In this document: positions 54,648-64,000 of the stretch, in pieces | Layout of the letters: every line of letters starts with the position of its first letter | How positions within the stretch are numbered: the stretch's first letter is position 1 | Source: a virus | Strand: one strand, 5' to 3' | IMG/VR virus record: IMGVR_UViG_3300023199_000127 | Location: 1-64,000 of that record | Length of the DNA: 64,000 bases | Position numbers and translations under genes: made by a program | The notes under the pieces: generated by a model | Told to the model about the DNA's origin: nothing | The model's input: the letters and a program-made list of their open reading frames with translations, nothing else | Databases searched by the model: none

Positions 54648-56398
54648 TGCTCGACTACCAGGGGCTGGATACCGGATACTCCATCGCGATCTCCGCGATT
54701 GACGAGCTGGATGCGAACTACTCGTGGTCTCCGATTAACGGATCCACTGTGCCCCTGGATGGGTCGTATGCCTACTATCGAAAGAAGGGTGTACGGTGTG
54801 AAGCCCAGGTTGGGTGGTGGTCCCACTGGACCCAGGCGATCGCCAATGGGCTCCCCCTTTGGCATGCAGGGCGCAACAATGAGTTCTGCCGTACTCAGCG
54901 CCTGATCAACATCTTTGCTCAGGAGATCGAGGAGGCAGATCGTCTTTTGCAAGAAGAGCGCAGGAACCGATTCATTGGTACTGTCGATATCTTCCAGCCG
55001 GACAAGTCCTATCGTATTCCCATCACCGTCCCCTTGCGTGATCAGCCGCAGTATTCTGAGTCCAAGAACCTGGTGGCAAATTCCGACTTCTCGATCCCTG
55101 GCCTAGCTCGTTACAACGTTCCCTGGGGATGGACAGATCGGATGACGGCTACTACCGGTCTCGTTGAGCACTACACCGCCAATGCGCTCACGGGCACTGG
55201 CTGTGTACGTATGAAGGCCGATGCTGGCGAGGTGTGTTACCTCAGGCAGCTGGTGCATAGCACCCTGGGTGCTGAGGACTGTGTCACTGCAAGCGCATGG
55301 GTCAACGTACCCGTACCGGTCGATGCGCCTCGATCGACCGACTCCGCCAAGTATGCGCTTGTGCTGACAGTCCTGTATGCGGACGGTACGACTACCACCT
55401 CGCGAGTAGCCATCCCGGCGGCTACCGCCGGCGGGTGGCGCCGTATCGAGACCACTGTCAGTTGCGACCGTCGAGTATTCCGAGCGGACGTGATGTTCGT
55501 TGTGGACAATGAAGACGGAGACAGTACCTGGGAAGTGTTTGTGGATGGCGTGCAGCTCGAGGGAGCACCTGGTGCTACTAGTTACGAGCGACCGCTCACA
55601 GAGCTTCCGCACTGGCTGGAGAACCGGAACCGTTCTCTGTTCTATCTGCAGGCTGTTGGTGCTGCGACTGAGAGAACGGTGGAGCATGAATCTGGGTACC
55701 CCCTGACCTATAGCGAGTACCAGCACACCAAGGTGTGGATCACCCAGGACAAGTTCGACTGGTGGCTACAGGCCGTACCCACTCGCACAGGTTCAATCAC
55801 CGCAACCTCCGGCTTGTCTGGTACAACCCGTACCCGCTGGGGTTTCGAGGCAGAGAGCGAGACGAAGGTTCGCAGAAATGCCGCCTTCCAGATCGGTGAC
55901 AATCAGATCCAGTATGTGGTAGAGGATACACCTGCCGATATCCTCTTCTCCCACGACATCGCCGACCATTTCATGGACGGCGCGGATACTCTTCGAGACG
56001 AGTATGGCATCTACGCAGACGATGATGAGAGCTTTTCTGTCACCATAGAGGCACTGACTGTCCATAGAAATATGCTGTGGGTGGTGGTGAAAGAGACCTT
56101 CGAGGGATCCACAATTCGTGTGCTCAAGGTGCTCAGGCCGGCCCAGAGGCCGGATGTTCTGGCGGACGACGATCAGGACAATTTCCTGGAAACCATCCAG
56201 GATTTCAGACTGGATGATGCCGATGGTACTGTGACCTCCGTGGCCTTCGTAGAGGGCAACGACGCCAAGCTGGTGATGCAGAAGGGTGACGACCAGTACT
56301 CTCTTGATCTCTACTTTGACTACGCCTTTTGGACCACAGACCTGGTCACGGCGGCTCTGTTGCGGCATAATTACTCCGCGGAATTGGTGGTCAGCTAG
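54647..56398 (+). CDS. Baseplate/tail protein with a carbohydrate-binding-like jelly-roll domain, 583 aa
   Basis: NLVANSDFS...VFVDGVQLEG..ATSY delimit a CBM-like module. Confidence 0.7.
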   Translation: MLDYQGLDTGYSIAISAIDELDANYSWSPINGSTVPLDGSYAYYRKKGVRCEAQVGWWSHWTQAIANGLPLWHAGRNNEFCRTQRLINIFAQEIEEADRLLQEERRNRFIGTVDIFQPDKSYRIPITVPLRDQPQYSESKNLVANSDFSIPGLARYNVPWGWTDRMTATTGLVEHYTANALTGTGCVRMKADAGEVCYLRQLVHSTLGAEDCVTASAWVNVPVPVDAPRSTDSAKYALVLTVLYADGTTTTSRVAIPAATAGGWRRIETTVSCDRRVFRADVMFVVDNEDGDSTWEVFVDGVQLEGAPGATSYERPLTELPHWLENRNRSLFYLQAVGAATERTVEHESGYPLTYSEYQHTKVWITQDKFDWWLQAVPTRTGSITATSGLSGTTRTRWGFEAESETKVRRNAAFQIGDNQIQYVVEDTPADILFSHDIADHFMDGADTLRDEYGIYADDDESFSVTIEALTVHRNMLWVVVKETFEGSTIRVLKVLRPAQRPDVLADDDQDNFLETIQDFRLDDADGTVTSVAFVEGNDAKLVMQKGDDQYSLDLYFDYAFWTTDLVTAALLRHNYSAELVVS

Positions 56399-58459
56399 AT
56401 GTCCTACGAAACACTCACCTCCAGATCTCCCTCCTTCAAGGGGGATATCACGACCTCCCTGATCGACAGGGTAGAGAACAATCCGTTCCACCCCCTGGCC
56501 GAAACGACCAGATGGCCCCTGAAGTATGACGAGTTCGTCCGCAAGACGAACGAGGCTATGGGGGCGGTCATGGTCTCAGATGAGACGGGCTCTACCGCCG
56601 ACATCCTGACTGGACAGCTCAACGCCTATCACCTACAGCACATCCCGCAGTACGGTGGGACTGTTCAGGTGTCTGACGGTACTCTGGACACGAGCCTCAC
56701 CAACTACCAGCGGGGCATCGTGTACTTCGACACGCTGCCCTCCAGTGACACCTTTGTGTTCACCTATATGGCAGAGCCTGACCGTTACTTCGGTGAGTAT
56801 CTGACGGTTCTACAGGACTCTATACACCAGCTCCAGACATTCCTTGGTGCAGGCACTGAGCAGGGCGAGGGTGTGATGAACGCCAAGCTGGTGATGGGTA
56901 CGCGCAGCGCCGGCATTGCCAGCCGACTGCCGCACTCCATGCCCCTGGATGCTCTTGACGAGGGTCTGCTGGTCCAGTCCGATCCCGGTGGTGCAGGTAA
57001 GACGCACCGCTTTGGCGGTGCTCAGGACTCTCTCGAGCTCCGAGGTCAGCGCCTGGACGTCAAGGGCGACTCCAATGACATCGACATGTTCTTTGGCGCC
57101 AACAGCGGTGATGATGCGTTCTTCGCTGGCCAGGTGGTTATCACCGGCGACGTCACCATTCTTGGTGATCTGAATGTCACTGGAGCACGGGTGATCCAGG
57201 ACGGCACCACTACGGTCAATACCGAAGTGGCTCAGCTGAAGCTTATTGCTGAGTATGAGGCAATCCTCGGTGTCTCCTCCAGCGCCATGACCTACGTGGG
57301 TGGTGGCATGGATGTCACTGGTCGGTTCCGACACATTGGTGCTGGTAACCTGGATGCTCACTTCGATCGCGATATCCAGCTGCGTGACGGCGCTATCCGC
57401 GGTGTCACGCATGAGAGCAAGATCGATGGGATGAACCCGTCGACTGTAGAGAAGTTGCGGCCGTACTATGTGAACTACGATTGGAAGGCAGCTTCCCTCA
57501 ATGCTGGGCCTCGTCAGGGTATTCTGACTGGAGTTGCCACAAACACTGGTCTGGATTTCTTGGATATCACCGGAGGCATTACCGCACTCCGCTCTGCTGA
57601 TCCCCATGATTTCGGCAACAAGTACCAGGCCGGTGATTACTTTGTGACCTTTACCAGCTTCCCCAACTCGGATGCCGAGGTTGGAAAGAGCGTCCCTGTT
57701 ACCGACATGCTCACGGGTAGTGAGCGCATTGAGCTGTCGCGCGCACTGCGCGCTTCCCCCGAGGGTGCTAGCTTCGTGGTCCATCACCGCTACGCTCTGC
57801 CCAACATCATCAGCGATGGTGGTGGGCTGAGTGTGACGATCAATGCATCAACTGCACAAAAGATCGTTGGCAACAGACAGGGTCGCATGAAGGTGCGCGA
57901 GAGCTCCACTTCAGTGCTGAGTCTACCGGATGACAGCACGGCTTACATCTTCATGAAGGTCTCTGATGGTGTTGGAGACATTGAAGAGGATGAGCCCACG
58001 TTCTTCTATCGAGAGGGTAGTCCTCTGACGGGATCGAATCCCGAGGCCTGGGTTGAGTCTGATGAAGACGTACTCATCGGCAAGGTGGTTACTGCTGGTG
58101 GTGCCATCTCCTCCATCACCCACTTCCGGTACAACTATCGGTTCGACTCCGAGTGGCTGAAGGTTGGTGGTGGTTCGCCCATCTCTGATGGCGCACAGTT
58201 CCAGATCGACCATCTGTTTGGCAATGCACTGCGCATGCAGGACGTCTGGCCGTTTTCTGTCTCTGTGACTGACTCTACCGGCGACCTCCCCAATCTCTCT
58301 ACTATCCGTGTGGGGCATCTGACTGTGTCAGCTGCCGCAGCAGCTGTGGGTGAGTTCCAGCTCATCGACATCACTCCGGAACAAGCAACCGTTGATCTGC
58401 CTACTGCTGCCAATATAGGCCTTAGCACCCCGTTCTGGGTGCGCGTGAAGATGGGCTAA
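56399..58459 (+). CDS. Tail fibre-like protein, 686 aa
   Basis: VVITGDVTILGDLNVTG shaft-like repeats; beta-rich C-terminus. Confidence 0.65.
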   Translation: MSYETLTSRSPSFKGDITTSLIDRVENNPFHPLAETTRWPLKYDEFVRKTNEAMGAVMVSDETGSTADILTGQLNAYHLQHIPQYGGTVQVSDGTLDTSLTNYQRGIVYFDTLPSSDTFVFTYMAEPDRYFGEYLTVLQDSIHQLQTFLGAGTEQGEGVMNAKLVMGTRSAGIASRLPHSMPLDALDEGLLVQSDPGGAGKTHRFGGAQDSLELRGQRLDVKGDSNDIDMFFGANSGDDAFFAGQVVITGDVTILGDLNVTGARVIQDGTTTVNTEVAQLKLIAEYEAILGVSSSAMTYVGGGMDVTGRFRHIGAGNLDAHFDRDIQLRDGAIRGVTHESKIDGMNPSTVEKLRPYYVNYDWKAASLNAGPRQGILTGVATNTGLDFLDITGGITALRSADPHDFGNKYQAGDYFVTFTSFPNSDAEVGKSVPVTDMLTGSERIELSRALRASPEGASFVVHHRYALPNIISDGGGLSVTINASTAQKIVGNRQGRMKVRESSTSVLSLPDDSTAYIFMKVSDGVGDIEEDEPTFFYREGSPLTGSNPEAWVESDEDVLIGKVVTAGGAISSITHFRYNYRFDSEWLKVGGGSPISDGAQFQIDHLFGNALRMQDVWPFSVSVTDSTGDLPNLSTIRVGHLTVSAAAAAVGEFQLIDITPEQATVDLPTAANIGLSTPFWVRVKMG

Positions 58460-59388
58460 TGATTCCCTACGGTAAAGGATCCCGGACTGACCAGGGCAAC
58501 CTGGGCAATCTGTTGCTGTCGGAGTTCCGTCCGATGTACAACACCTCTTCATCGATTGTCTATGCGTTGAACGAGCCAATGACTAGTCGTGGGGTCAAGA
58601 GTGCCTGGTACGAAGGACCGACAACCCAGTTTGACTGGCATGGGATCTACCTGGCAAATTGCCACAGCGTTGCACCCTTTACGTCAGATAGAAAGATTTC
58701 CGTGGACGTTGGCATTGGGGATGTGGGCTCAGAGACAATGATCCTGGAGTCCATTACGTTTGATTACCCCAGCCACACTCGATGCGGGATTCATATGTAC
58801 ATTCCCCTCTTTGTCCCGAAGGGGGAAACTATTCATTTCCGCATGTGTTACTACGCGGACACTACGTCTGGTGATTGCCATTTCCGTCCCATTGCTAACC
58901 ATGGTTTTATGCGCGGGATTGATGGCCAAAGAATCTTCCGTCGCAGTGAAACGATCGGTATCGACACAGTGGCAGCACCTGTGGAGGGCAATTTGTATGG
59001 AGTCCTCCTCAATCCCTCAACAGCTAATACCTGGACATCTTGGGCAGAGATCGGTACCACTACGTTTGATTGGCATGCTTTCTATCCAATGTGGGGTAGG
59101 GGATTTGATGGTCTGGATCCTAGCTCCAACCCTAGTGCAGGACCGTACAATTTCCTGTATCAGATCGGAATCGGTGGATCTCAGGATGTAATTATTGATA
59201 GTGGGTTTATCGAGATGCCCGACACTGGCACTGGTAGGTCCGACTGGATTAATGGCGACCACAAACAAAACGAGCCTCTGGAGATGTACATTCCCTCTGG
59301 CACTACCTTCTATGCAAGAATGCGTAGTAGTGTGGTTGCTGATGTTGCCTCTAGATCCAAGGATCTCAAGATCGTGGGGTTTGGTTAA
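58459..59388 (+). CDS. Two-repeat beta-sandwich protein A, 309 aa
   Basis: Internal duplication FDWHGIY..VGIGD..FVPKG and FDWHAFY..IGIGG..YIPSG. Confidence 0.8.
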   Translation: MIPYGKGSRTDQGNLGNLLLSEFRPMYNTSSSIVYALNEPMTSRGVKSAWYEGPTTQFDWHGIYLANCHSVAPFTSDRKISVDVGIGDVGSETMILESITFDYPSHTRCGIHMYIPLFVPKGETIHFRMCYYADTTSGDCHFRPIANHGFMRGIDGQRIFRRSETIGIDTVAAPVEGNLYGVLLNPSTANTWTSWAEIGTTTFDWHAFYPMWGRGFDGLDPSSNPSAGPYNFLYQIGIGGSQDVIIDSGFIEMPDTGTGRSDWINGDHKQNEPLEMYIPSGTTFYARMRSSVVADVASRSKDLKIVGFG

Positions 59389-60314
59389 TGCCTGACTGGA
59401 CTCTATTCGAGCAGCGACACTACGATGCTCTATGTGGCAGTTCCCTAGCAGACTCGCGACCGAGTCTGCTAATGAATAACAATGCCGGTAATTGGGTGGA
59501 AGTCACAGCGGCGGCAAGTCGAGACTACCAGGGCATATGGATCCAGAACCCGGCAGGTAGAGACGCCGGCGGGGGTGCATTCTGGCAGGGTAATTTCTTC
59601 CTTTACCTTGCAGTGGGTGCTGCAGGTTCTGAACAAATCATTATGGACGGGATACCGTTCCATGCGACTGATAACCGTCATGGCGATGGTGGACTGCATT
59701 GGCCATGCTACATTCCTAAGGGCAGCCGCATCGCTGTTAGCTGGATGAGTGCTTCTGGCAATCCTCCGGGCGATACATACATGCAGATATATGGCTACTA
59801 TGGGGGATGGCATGCAGATAAGCCTTGGACACGTCATTTGCGCCTAGGCACTGATTGGAACGATGACCATTTCGGGAATGGAGACCCTACAAGCTACGAC
59901 CACCAACTTGGATCTCTCATTGAGCTCCCGGCTGGGGGGTCTACGGATATTGTTACTGCTGAATGGCAAGAGCTGAATATCTACGCGCCCTTCGATATTA
60001 AGCACATCATCCCTGTTGGTATGCCCTCTCGCAGCACTGTGAATGAGATTGGTGATGGATTGGGTGCGGCGAACAGTGCTAATTTCTACTACTTCGAGAT
60101 TGGGCACGGCGCCGTTGGTTCTGAAGTTGGTGTTACGAGCCAGCTACACAAAACGGTCCACATTGCTAGCTCCTGGAATACAGAAGCTCCCTTTGTGCAT
60201 CCGGGCATGCCGTGCTATATTCCTAGGGGTAGTAGGATTGTGGCCCGGGGCGTGACAAACAACTCCGATGGGTCAGACAATGGAATGAGCGTATTCATGT
60301 ACGCTTTTGGTTAG
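59388..60314 (+). CDS. Two-repeat beta-sandwich protein B, 308 aa (paralogue of A)
   Basis: AVGAAGSEQ..PCYIPKGSRIAVS and IGHGAVGSEV..PCYIPRGSRIVAR. Confidence 0.8.
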   Translation: MPDWTLFEQRHYDALCGSSLADSRPSLLMNNNAGNWVEVTAAASRDYQGIWIQNPAGRDAGGGAFWQGNFFLYLAVGAAGSEQIIMDGIPFHATDNRHGDGGLHWPCYIPKGSRIAVSWMSASGNPPGDTYMQIYGYYGGWHADKPWTRHLRLGTDWNDDHFGNGDPTSYDHQLGSLIELPAGGSTDIVTAEWQELNIYAPFDIKHIIPVGMPSRSTVNEIGDGLGAANSANFYYFEIGHGAVGSEVGVTSQLHKTVHIASSWNTEAPFVHPGMPCYIPRGSRIVARGVTNNSDGSDNGMSVFMYAFG

Positions 60315-60323
60315 GAGCAACTG

Positions 60324-60680
60324 ATGGCTACCGAGCATGCACAGGCAACCCTTTCTGCCGACGGCACCGAGCAGAATATTGGAGCTGCCATCTCTACAGC
60401 AGGAACCTTCCTGCTGTACGTGAATCTGGACAACCTTGCCAATGGTGACATCATCGAGCTCCGTGCCAAGGTTAAGCTCACCAGTGGCGGGGACTACATT
60501 ACGTTGTTCAGCCGCAGCTATGCCAATAACCATGGTGACCCGGATGACTCCGAGGTACTCCAAGTCTCTGTGCCCATTACCCATATCCATGGCATGAAGT
60601 TCACGCTTCACCAGGTGGCTGGGTCGAACAGGGATTTCCCCTACCAGATCATCCAGATCGACGCAGCTACGGAGTCGTAA
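60324..60680 (+). CDS. Small beta-rich virion protein, 118 aa
   Basis: AGGAG RBS; beta-sandwich pattern. Confidence 0.8.
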   Translation: MATEHAQATLSADGTEQNIGAAISTAGTFLLYVNLDNLANGDIIELRAKVKLTSGGDYITLFSRSYANNHGDPDDSEVLQVSVPITHIHGMKFTLHQVAGSNRDFPYQIIQIDAATES

Positions 60681-62780
60681 TTGTCCTACTATCGCTGGTA
60701 TGCCGCATGGGGCCCTAGCCTTCCTCCGCCCACGGAGGAAGTGGTCAGCAGTGAACCCCAGCTAACCACCTTTGACGGTGCTTACGAGCTCACAGAGCCG
60801 TATGGTGCTATCACTGTGAGTGGTGGCTGGGTTCTGCCTGCGCCCAAGATCCCCTCGGTATATGAGTCTGTTAACAAATTCGTTCGCAGTGAAAGCGATA
60901 GGACTTTCCGGTGGCAGGCTGTAGTAAGGCCGGCCAATATCCCGGTGGGTCTGGACTTCCGTGCAGCCTCTAGATATCAGCTGCAGATCACTCCTGATCT
61001 GGGCTACCAGAATCCGGATGAGCTGTTCCAGCCTTATGACATTGGAGCGCGCACTGGTAACTCCCGCCTGTTGATCATTGATGATCTTCAGCCGGGTGTG
61101 GATGTGGTTCAGACTCCGGACCACTTGACCTACACCATCAGTGAGTCGGTTTGGTCCAAGCTGATCAACCCCAGATTCCACCGCTATCTCTGGCGTGTGG
61201 TAGGCCTATCTGATGATGGTGTACCTGGGTTCCCTAGCGACTTCTTTACCTTCGAGGTTCTGACCGGCGTACCCAATGCCTACTGGGCTATTGACGATGT
61301 GCAACCCGCCAACGGCATCACACAGGTGATCACCGGTACGAAGAACTCTCGCGTGTCCTCGATTCAGGTACTGGGTCAGTCGCCGGCTGTTTCGTATCCG
61401 ACCCCCACAACCTGGCGCCTAGAGCTTCCGCTCTCCGGCGCCAAGCAGACCTTCTTCTTGCGCGCTGTGGACGAGGCCGATAATACCTCGGCATACCGTG
61501 CAATCACCATTGAACGTGAGACCGCAACGGCTCGTGACTGGAAGCTGTGGAACTCGCTGGACGAGCTCGGCCAGCTGGTTGCTACTCCTCGTCTCGATGG
61601 TGAATCGAACTCTGATTACCGAACTCGTCTTCTAGACGTTTACAAACACAGGGGCTCCCCGCGGTACCAGGGCCTGCGCAATGCTTTGACGCGCGACCTC
61701 GAACTACTTAGTCTCCAGGCCGATAGGGCTCTAACCATCACCCGCAACCTCCCGCTAGGCCAGGATCAAACCCCGACCCAGGTCGTTCGCATGATGATTG
61801 GACCTATTAAGGTTCATATCTGGGGCGACCAGCTTCGGAAGAAGCTGGAACGCCACATCGTGGATGGCCATACCTGGTCCATTACCCCGCAGTTCCCTAT
61901 AGAGGATGCTGAGCCCATCCTCGAGTGTCCGTTGGGGAGCCCTGTTTCTCCTACCCTGTTCAGTGTGAATAAGGGTCTCAACTCTATCCAGTTCAGAGAC
62001 TCCTCTCTAGCCGGCAAGGAGGTGTATGTCTCCTATCGGTATCGCAAGGAGATCCCCTACCTGGGTATGACTGTGCAGCAGCTGGCAGATGCCATGGAAG
62101 CTATTACGATTGATGGCGTCCAGGTCTTGAATGTGTCCGTGAATGCGGACGCAGCAGCTTCTGCAGCCGCTGGGCTGGACCAGATCCAACCCACGGCAGT
62201 ACTCAATGCTGAGCTTCCCGATGTCACTGGTACTCTGGTGGAGGGAGTGACGGTTCGCTGGTCCCCCATTCGTCTCTATTCCCTGACCGATCAGGAATAC
62301 GAGGAGAACTTCCTTAATGAGTGGGGACATCTGTTCAGCACCAACTACGATGGGTGGGCTGACCAGCTGCGTTCCTTGACCAAGCAGGACTGGGGGCACC
62401 TGGTTGCAGACAAGGCCTTCTTCCAGGACACCGATATCATCAAGGGTGGAGTGGGACTGCGTACCACCATGGATATCGCATATGGGTTCTACAAGAGCTC
62501 CTGTAACTCCACTAAATATGACATCGACCAGTTCATTGCCCTGGGTGGCATTTGTCCCCTGGATGGCTCCAGCTTGATCCTAGTCGGCGTCCCTGATACT
62601 CTTTTGAAGTCTGGCGTCGGGAGCCATGACGACTTGATTGTGCGTATCAAGAGTGTAAGCGGGACCCTTTCTGAGACGCCCGAGGTTCAGACCTCGGTCG
62701 TGCAGCTCCGTAGCGCGGAGCTGACCGACCTTGCTGAATCGCCGGAGGCTGGTCAGGATCTCGCCGTGGAGAACTACTAG
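60681..62780 (+). CDS. Baseplate wedge / tail protein, 699 aa (TTG start)
   Basis: Ig/FN3-like N-terminal part; SLDELGQLVATPRLDGESNSDYRTRL is the LD..G....R..GE.D..YR.RL wedge motif. Confidence 0.75.
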   Translation: MSYYRWYAAWGPSLPPPTEEVVSSEPQLTTFDGAYELTEPYGAITVSGGWVLPAPKIPSVYESVNKFVRSESDRTFRWQAVVRPANIPVGLDFRAASRYQLQITPDLGYQNPDELFQPYDIGARTGNSRLLIIDDLQPGVDVVQTPDHLTYTISESVWSKLINPRFHRYLWRVVGLSDDGVPGFPSDFFTFEVLTGVPNAYWAIDDVQPANGITQVITGTKNSRVSSIQVLGQSPAVSYPTPTTWRLELPLSGAKQTFFLRAVDEADNTSAYRAITIERETATARDWKLWNSLDELGQLVATPRLDGESNSDYRTRLLDVYKHRGSPRYQGLRNALTRDLELLSLQADRALTITRNLPLGQDQTPTQVVRMMIGPIKVHIWGDQLRKKLERHIVDGHTWSITPQFPIEDAEPILECPLGSPVSPTLFSVNKGLNSIQFRDSSLAGKEVYVSYRYRKEIPYLGMTVQQLADAMEAITIDGVQVLNVSVNADAAASAAAGLDQIQPTAVLNAELPDVTGTLVEGVTVRWSPIRLYSLTDQEYEENFLNEWGHLFSTNYDGWADQLRSLTKQDWGHLVADKAFFQDTDIIKGGVGLRTTMDIAYGFYKSSCNSTKYDIDQFIALGGICPLDGSSLILVGVPDTLLKSGVGSHDDLIVRIKSVSGTLSETPEVQTSVVQLRSAELTDLAESPEAGQDLAVENY

Positions 62781-64000
62781 TGGCGGGTCGTGGCCTTTAT
62801 CAAGTCGGACCGAGTCAGGAGTTTACCTCCCTCGGGGCAGCCGTATCCAAGCTCGTTGAAGAGCAGGGACATGGCGCCTTTACCGAAGCCCAGACTATCC
62901 GCGTGGTCGAGTCTGGAATCTATGAGCCTGTTCAGGTTCCGCCTGGCAGCCTGAATCCGATCGCACAGAAGCGCCTGGTGTTTGATACGGCCTCGGGGGT
63001 GGATGCGATCATTTCTGGTCGTGCAGCTCCTGAGCGTTCACACTACGGCTTCAGCCTCTCCAACATTCCCTACGTCAAGATTGATGGGTTTGAGATCCAG
63101 GATGTCCGTAAGGGCATTGTAATGAATAGCTGCTTCCAGGCGCAGGTATACCAGAATCGTATCCAGCGGTGTCTGAACGCTGGTATCTGGATCAACAACT
63201 CTCAGCAGACAATGGTGCTGAACAATGCGCTTGTAGACAACTGGATCGGTCTAAGCTTCACCAGGTCGATCAATGCAGCAGCGTTCTTCAACACGATCTA
63301 CCAGCGACAGGGTCGTACGGTTGGCTGCTTCTTCGATGTCACTTCGGAGCACATAGACTTCTACTCAAACATCGTGCATACAGTGGGTCATCCCTGTGTG
63401 CAGATCTACCGTAAGAATCTGGACAGGCTCCGCAGCAACTACAATGTGCTCTGGGCACCGGGTTCTGATATTGGCCAGATCATCGAGAAGATCGGTGACT
63501 CGGATGTGCTATACGAGCGGCTCCAGGACTACGAGCGCTGGTACAGCACGTTCCAACAGGACTATGCGTCTGTATCCACTGATCCTCAGTTTGTGAACCC
63601 GCAGCCGACGCGTACAGCACCTGCTATCGACGTACGTCTCAGGAAGTTGTCAGTTGCACTGTCTGCAGGTCTCCACCTGGATGCTGCCAACGTCCAGCCC
63701 TGGCCCTCGTGGTCGGAGGATGCTAAGAGTGTTGCCGACACCGATATCGATGGTGTTACTCGTCCTCTGATCACTGAGAAGCGTACTCAGATCGCTGATC
63801 GAGTTGCGATCATCGATCTGATTAACCCTGTGACTGTCGCCGGCGCCTATGCTACTGCAGTGGATGAATCCACGTTCATGGGTGATCCCGTGTTCGTGGG
63901 TGATCGGCCTCCGGCCACTACTAACCTGACCTCCACGCGCCCTGGTGTAATCGAGAGGGCTGCTGACTCCTATGCCAAGCACGTCGAGTGTTGGCATCCT
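62780..64000 (+). CDS. Right-handed parallel beta-helix (pectin-lyase-like) tail protein, 3'-truncated, at least 407 aa
   Basis: GTG overlaps the upstream TAG; frame open to the window end (absent from the ORF track); YVKIDGFEI, QNRIQRCLNAGIWINNS, NNALVDNWIG and FFNTIY repeats; TDIDGVTRP. Confidence 0.85.
   Translation, partial: MAGRGLYQVGPSQEFTSLGAAVSKLVEEQGHGAFTEAQTIRVVESGIYEPVQVPPGSLNPIAQKRLVFDTASGVDAIISGRAAPERSHYGFSLSNIPYVKIDGFEIQDVRKGIVMNSCFQAQVYQNRIQRCLNAGIWINNSQQTMVLNNALVDNWIGLSFTRSINAAAFFNTIYQRQGRTVGCFFDVTSEHIDFYSNIVHTVGHPCVQIYRKNLDRLRSNYNVLWAPGSDIGQIIEKIGDSDVLYERLQDYERWYSTFQQDYASVSTDPQFVNPQPTRTAPAIDVRLRKLSVALSAGLHLDAANVQPWPSWSEDAKSVADTDIDGVTRPLITEKRTQIADRVAIIDLINPVTVAGAYATAVDESTFMGDPVFVGDRPPATTNLTSTRPGVIERAADSYAKHVECWHP

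Overview
This window is a contiguous, host-gene-free segment of a large contractile-tailed (myovirus-type) phage genome. No integrase, tRNA, rRNA or CRISPR array was seen. Bases 1-1162 hold small minus-strand genes separated by duplicated intergenic elements, one of which contains a (CA)16 run. After an AT-rich divergent junction, the plus strand carries small hypothetical genes, four lipoprotein/membrane genes (one with unimolecular-spanin architecture) and an RpoD-like sigma factor. A near-continuous, translationally coupled morphogenesis operon follows: putative small terminase, a 905-aa DEDDh + PD-(D/E)XK double nuclease, three Gly/Ala/Arg/Met-rich probable internal virion proteins, a free-standing Hint-like ORF, large terminase with a LAGLIDADG intein, portal, protease/scaffold, decoration and major capsid proteins, neck, sheath, three tube paralogues, two chaperone paralogues, tape measure, a 1631-aa protein, a 2204-aa hub, baseplate and fibre genes. 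The strongest signal is the 1631-aa protein behind the tape measure. It carries, in order, motifs resembling the beta and beta' double-psi barrels of multisubunit RNA polymerase, including a DxDxD (DLDFD) triad, and is a candidate virion-delivered single-chain RNA polymerase or a degenerate relative. All family assignments are by-eye motif recognition; no database search was run.
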